Assembly: GCF_009914755.1 (NCBI RefSeq)
Contig: NC_060932.1
Source of the DNA: the human T2T-CHM13v2.0 reference genome, Homo sapiens
DNA length: 64,000 bases
Strand: one strand, 5' to 3'
A model generated the notes under the pieces. The model ran no database searches, was not told the origin of the DNA, and saw only the letters and a program-made list of their open reading frames with translations. The first letter of the stretch is position 1; each line of letters begins with the position of its first letter. Position numbers and translations under genes: made by a program. Positions 55,676 through 64,000 of this stretch are shown here, piece by piece.

Positions 55676-57051
55676 AGAATAAAATAAAACAAAACCAGCA
55701 CTCCATACATATACTCCAGACACTGCTCCAAAATTCTCTGCCAATGGTAACAATATCTCCCTAGAAACCCTGGCTTCAAATCCTTGATGCTTTCTTTTCT
55801 CCTGACAGTGAATCAGACACAAAGGCCTGTCAGTTCTGTCTTTCATTGTCTTGCAAATTCTTTTTCCATTTTATTGACACTGCTTTCACTCTTAATTTGT
55901 GCCCTAACGAACAATTTTATACATGAAGTTTTCCAATGTCTTCCTAACTGGTCTCTCAGTCTCATTCTCTCTTCTGTCACCCTCTACCCCAGTCAATCTC
56001 ATTAAGCTATCATGTACATTTTTTCATCCCATGCTTTGTGAATATCACTTCCAAGCTAAAAGTATTTTTAGTAGCTCCCATGGCCCAAGCATGGCCTTCT
56101 ACCTTAGCTAATCTCCATTTCCACTTCTGCCTCTCTACAATCCGTTCTCAATACAGAAAAAAAAAAAATCTTCCAAAAACACAAACCATTTCCTTTCATT
56201 CCCTTACCTGAAATATGTCAATGGCAGCCCAATGTATTTAAAACAACAGCCAAAATCCTTAATAAAGGATAAATTATCAGGCTACAAAGCCCTGATAATT
56301 TTGTTCCTGCCTACCTCTCCAAATTCATCTTTAACCATTCCCCCTTCTTGTTCTCTATACTCTACCCCTGACTTGCCTCCTTCCTGCCTCAGAGGTGCAC
56401 TTACTTTTCTTCCTGCTGGAATGTACTTCCCTGGATGGAGAATCACTCAGGTCTCAGCTCAAATGTCACCTACTTCTCCCCACATTACTTTTCACATCAC
56501 CCTGCTTATTTTGTTCGTGTTCTTATTATAATCTATAATTTTCTTATTTATGTGCTTAATCATGTATTGTACACCTCCTCAGTTTGAAAGTAAACTTTGA
56601 GGGCATGAGTTGTCTTGTTCCACACTATCCACAGTATTTCGCATTACCTATTACACACTAAGTGCTCAACCTGTATCTTTTCTGTTAAGTGAATGGATGG
56701 TCCAAACGTAAAGTATGCATTCAAACAAGTCTTTCAGTGGAGTCTGGAAGTCAGTATAAATGCTTAAGTAATGACAATGAAAATGAAGGCATTCACTGAA
56801 GGTGGACAAAAAATATAACTAAACTAAAAATGTATAGCAAAAATGGGGTACCAATAAAACTGATATTACATTTAAAAAGAAATCAAATCATGTTCATATG
56901 ACTACTTCTTGAACATCTTTTAATGTCTGAGAAATAGGAATATTTAGAAATAATAAACATTTGTTGACTCCTCCCATAAGCAGGTACATATTAGATAGAA
57001 ATGCAATATGATATACACCTATTATGTATCCACAAAGATTTTTAGAAATAA

Positions 57052-57324
<273 letters not shown>

Positions 57325-58571
57325 TAACAAGTTAAATGTTCAACACATTTGAAGTAAAAAATAACATTTCAGAACATTAAAAACTCATAAACTTATAAAA
57401 ATACAAGTGTTAAGCATACATTGCCATTCTAATATAAATTAGGGAAAAAAGTGAAACATTTTAAAAGAAACCATATAAAAATGAGGAAAATTTAAATAAT
57501 CACCAAAAAATTGAGAATTCTGATTTCTTCAAAAGCATAATTTTGCATAAAAATTGCATTACTAGTATCACAACTGAGCTGTGAGCATATTTTTTATTAC
57601 TTTATCTTTTTTAAAACGGTCTTTATTTTTTAGACCAGTTTTAGGTTCACAGCAACACTGAGCAGATTTCCCATATTCCCCCACCCTGCCACCACCAGAG
57701 GGTACCTCTGTTATAACTGATGATCCTACACTAACACATCATTATCACCCAGAGTCCATAGTTTGCATTAGGGTTCACTCTTGGTGTTATACATTCTATG
57801 GGTTTAGACAAATTTACAATGACATGTATTCATCATTATAGCATCAGGCAGATTAGGTTCACTGCCCTAAAAATTTTCTGGGCTCTGCCTATTCATCCCT
57901 CTCTCTACCCAACCCCTGATATTTTTATTGTCTCTATAATTTTGCCTTTTCCAGAATGTCATATAACTGAAATCATACGGTATGCAGCTGTTTCAGATTG
58001 GCTTCTTTCCCTCGTAATACGTGTTTTCTGTATCTTCTCATGGCTTCATAGTTTCTCTTTAGGACTGCATAATATGTCATTCTCTGTATGTATTACAGTT
58101 TATCTGTTCACCTACTGAAGGACATCTTGGTTGCTTCCATGTTCTGGCAATTATGAATAAGGCTGACATGAACACCCACATGCAGGTTTTTGTGTGGACA
58201 GTTTTTCACTCCTTTGGGTAAATACCAAGGAGCATGATTGCTGGATGGTAAGAGTATGTTTAGTTTTTTTAAGAAACCACCAAATTGTCTCCCAAAGTAG
58301 CTGTACCATTTGGCATTCCCACTAGCAATGAATAAGAGTTCCTGTTAATCCACATTCTCACCAGCATTTGGTGTTGTCAGCGTTCTAGATTTTAGTTAGC
58401 CATTTTAGTAAGTGTGTAGTGGGATCTCATTGTTTTAATTTGCATTTCCCTGATGACATATGACGTGGAGCATCTTTTTCATATGTTTATTTGCCATCTG
58501 TATATCCTCTGTGATGAGGTGTCCATTAAGATCTTTGGCTCATTTTTAAAATCAGGTTGTTCATTTTCTAT

Positions 58572-59835
<1,264 letters not shown>

Positions 59836-59854
59836 CTCTTTTTGTTGAGTTTTA

Positions 59855-60236
<382 letters not shown>

Positions 60237-61517
60237 CTAAGTATTCAGTGATTTTCCGGCTATCTTTCTGTTATCAAATTGTAATTTAATTCCTTTTCGT
60301 CTGAGATCAGATATTGGATGATTTCCATTTTGGCCAATTCCAAAACAGCTACAGCCTCACTCATTACTTTGTGCTTGTACTCTATAGAGATGGTTATCCT
60401 ATTTACTATTCTGACTATACTTTGGCGCTTTTTTTTTTTTAACATCAGTTATTGCCAGGTGCCCAAACATGAATTTAATATATTATTTTGACTGAAAATC
60501 AACTATGTGTTTTTAATTTCCTCAGATGTCCCCTGTCTACCTAGACTCCATTCCTACCTGTTCCACTGGTACCCAACTCCACTACTCTTCACTGCTCATA
60601 TGCTTTGGAGGGGTCAGTCTTTATTATCTAAGGCCATGTAACATATCACATTCCCTAGCTATTGTGGTTTATTTAAAGGTGAGCAAGTGACCAGTCCAAT
60701 AAAACTCTTTGCTTGGAATGCCAGAGAAATACATTCACTTTATTTTTCTATGGTGTATAAATGAGATACCTAAAATTGCTTTTGTCATTTTTATATTTCA
60801 TAGATAGCAAGTATACAGAGTGAGGCAGAACAGATAAAAGGGTCAAGCCTTGGGCTTTTCCTATTACGGGTATCAATAAAGGATCTTTTTAAGACAGTTT
60901 AAATTAGGTTTTCTGTTACTTAGAACAAAATATCTAAATGACACAGAATCTGAAGTGGTCATTACTATTTGATTTCCACTCTTATATGCTTCTGTCATTG
61001 CTTCCTAAAAAGGAAAAAAATATGGTTTGTGGCACATGTTTCAGCAAAAGACAAAGGTCAAAGGGTGAAGTGCACTGATATTTAACTCTCTTTGAGAAGG
61101 AGCTGAATCCAGGCCTAAGAAATCTCATGTTCAGCACAGGAGATTGAACACTGACTGAGAGCTTGGTAAATTCTAGAACTGACCAAGGAGATAACCGAAA
61201 AACAAGTTGAAAGGATATTCTGAATAAACAAGTGAAATAAAAATAAGCCTATTGTGGGAAAACTTTTATAAGCAATCCACAGTTTTTGTTGTGTTTAAAA
61301 AAAATCAGCATTAACAGCCAATGGGCAAAATACAGCCAAAAGACTGAGGAGAGGGCAGAGGGGCAGATTTAAATTAACGTAGCAGCAATGCTGGGCTACT
61401 GGAAAAAAGATGACTGATAGTAGGACTAAAACTGCCACCAAAGTTAAAATGCCTATATAAACTGTTTCAACAAAGTCACACTCAGAATATTTTTGTTTTT
61501 TTAATTAAACTTACGCA

Positions 61518-61822
61518 GGCTGGGTGTGGTGGCTCATGCCTGTAATCCTAGCACTTTGGGAGGCCACAGCAGATCACTTGAGGTCAGGAGTTTGAGACCA
61601 GCCTGGCCAATATAGTGAAACCCCGTCTCCACTAAAAATACAAAAATTAGCTGGGTGTGATGGCATGTACCTGTAGTCGCAGCTACTTGGGAGGCTGAGA
61701 CAGGAGAATCGCTTCAACCCAGGAGGCGGAAGCTACAGTGAGCTGAGGTTGCACCACTGCACTCCAGCCTGGGAGACAGAGCAAAACTCCATCTCAAAAA
61801 CAAACAAACAAAAACCAAAAAA
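61518..61822 (+). mobile_element. Alu (AluS-like)
   Basis: Dimer with A-rich tail. Confidence 0.9.
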
Positions 61823-62482
61823 ACTCAGGCAAACCAAAAAAGGCATCATAATGTAATAAAAGAAAATATAGGTTATTTGGCTAGTTTTAATATGTTTACT
61901 TTAAAAAATAAAATACAGCAGAGTATCTAATGTCATCAAGACCCAATATGGAAAGGTAGCTAAATAAACCATTCGTGCTCTTGCATTTGTTTCTGATTTA
62001 CTTGGTACCATACCTAAATAATAATGTGCACAAATCTTTTAATTGATTGTATTCAGAATTTATTAAAAGCACCACTTATTGGATAGTTTATTAAATGCAT
62101 GCAAGTATCTGTATATGATTTCTTCAGCATATGTGTGTTTAAGGCAACATGAGAGAGAGCCAGAGACAGGAAAGCTGTCCATTTTAAAATCAAATTGGTG
62201 TATATCTCCTGCTTATTCAACATGTTTTGGTCTTGGAATTGTTTCTCTAATAATGTACTGGCAAGTCAGACGTTAAATTATTTAAGGTTTCTAAACACTG
62301 ATTTGGTGGAAGTGCTAACAATCCTTGTGAACAAAGATAAGCTTCAGAAAAACTGAACAGCACTAAAAAAAAGTATCTACTTTGGAAAATAATGATCCTT
62401 TGTAATTGATTTTGGTTTTAGATATAAAGTTTACATTGGTAATTCTAATGTCTGTTTACCAGTTTAATTTTAAAAAGTACTT

Positions 62483-63078
62483 GGCTGGGTGCAGTGACTC
62501 ACACCTATAGTCCCAGCACTTTAGGGAATCTGGAGCAAGAGGATCACTTGAGCCTAAGGATTCCAGACCAGCCTGGGCAACAAAGTGTGAAACCCCATCT
62601 CTACAAAAAAAATTTAAAAATAAACCTTGCATGGTGGTGCGTGCGTGCCTGTTGTCCCAGATATTCAAGGCTGAGGCAGGAGGATCACTCGAGCCTGGGA
62701 GGTGGAGGGTGCATTCAGCCATGATTGTGCCACTGCACTCCAGCCTGAGCAACAGAGCAAAACCCTGTCTCAAAAAAACACAAGGAAAAAAAAAGTACTT
62801 AGCCAGGTGCAGTGGCTCATGCCTGTAATCTCAGCAGTTTGAGAGGCTGAGGTGGATCACTTGAGGTCAGGAGTTAGAGACCAGCCTGGCCAACATGATG
62901 AAACCCCATCTCCACTAAAAATACAAAAATTAGCTGTGTGTGGTGGTGTGTGCCTGTGGTCCCAGCTACTCAGGAGGCTGAGGCAGGAGAATCGTTTGAT
63001 GCAGTGAGCCAAGATTGTGCCACTGCACTCCAGCCTGGGTGATAGAGTGAGACTCCATCTCCAAAAAAAAAAAAAAAG
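62483..63078 (+). mobile_element. Two tandem Alus (AluJ-like 62483-62790; AluS-like 62801-63078)
   Basis: Both are flanked by AAAAGTACTT. Confidence 0.9.
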
Positions 63079-64000
63079 TACTTATCACAGAGACATAACC
63101 ATAAACTTAAGTTCTAATAGTACTGAAAGTTATTTTAAATAGAAATCTTTTACAAACATCACAATAGTGTCTTTTATAGAATGCCTAGACAAAACCCAGT
63201 TCTCTAATTATTTTCCTTATAGGAAATCTAGAAAAAACCTTCAGTAGAATGGTACTAGTATGACAAATTCAATATTATAGTCTCAGAAGTTCTTTCATTT
63301 TTAAAGGATAAAAAAAAAACCAAAAGAAAGTCAACATGGAGTCAGTGAAAAAATTCTACACCAGAAGCAAAGAGGTGCACTAGATCTACATGAAGAAAAG
63401 CACACCACTGAGAATTACTTACAATAAGAAAATGAAAAAAATCCAGAAAAATACTGTGCTCTCAGGGACATACAAAAAATTAAGAACTCAGGGTGGGGGA
63501 AAAAACAGTATTAAAGAGGACTGGGACTAAAAAAAAAAAGACTATAAGTTAAATAAAAACACAATAGAAATTTAAAATCCAAATTATAAGCAGTAAGGAA
63601 ATCAGTGATGGAAGGGCCTAACTTAAGAAGCTATGCAAAAGAAAAAAGTTAGAAAGGATGTGTGAGATGACAGCAATGAGAACAAGAAAGGAGAGCCAAC
63701 CAATGAAAAATTCCTGGAGAAAAAAACAAGAGCAAAACAAAAGGCACCAACTTAATATTTTCCTCAGCTAAAAAAAAAAAAAAAAAAAAAAAGATTTCCA
63801 CATCTAAAGGACCTGTTATCTTTTAGATAAAATTATTGGATTTAAAAAATCAGTAGCTATAACCCTAAACTTTGAAATATTTTAATCATTTTACATCTAC
63901 AATGCAACAGATGGCTGTATTTGCTATGGAAAAGGCACATTTATCCAGTCAGGATGGTGTAAATCTGGTATTTTACTGCGTACCTTGATTATTTTGTATT

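Overview
Primate (human-like) genomic DNA, not prokaryotic. The window holds most of ANKRD46 on the minus strand. A 103-nt non-coding exon (41253-41355) precedes three coding exons (37567-37877, 35890-36048, 30597-30813) that splice in frame to a 228-aa ankyrin-repeat protein with a C-terminal transmembrane helix. A ~1.8-kb 3'UTR carries a miR-21 8mer and several AATAAA signals. An alternative MIR-derived terminal exon (18615-18677), reached from an internal donor, gives a 232-aa form with a strongly basic tail. The promoter and first exon are not seen and probably lie beyond the right edge. A GAPDH processed pseudogene sits in the upstream intron in the sense orientation, inserted in an old L1. 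The rest is mostly transposon-derived: a solo HERV-H LTR7-family LTR, MER41B and MER4A-like LTRs nested in one Alu, a full-length THE1 element nested in an Alu, about 20 Alus, and L1/L2/MIR/Tigger/MER fragments. I found no evidence of a new multi-gene system. The most unusual signals are several locally templated insertion scars (6016-6038, 39049-39106, 46315-46933), the isoform switch in tail charge, and an apparent intron-derived splice acceptor at the 5' end of the GAPDH retrocopy. Repeat family names come from recalled consensus sequences and were not checked by a search.
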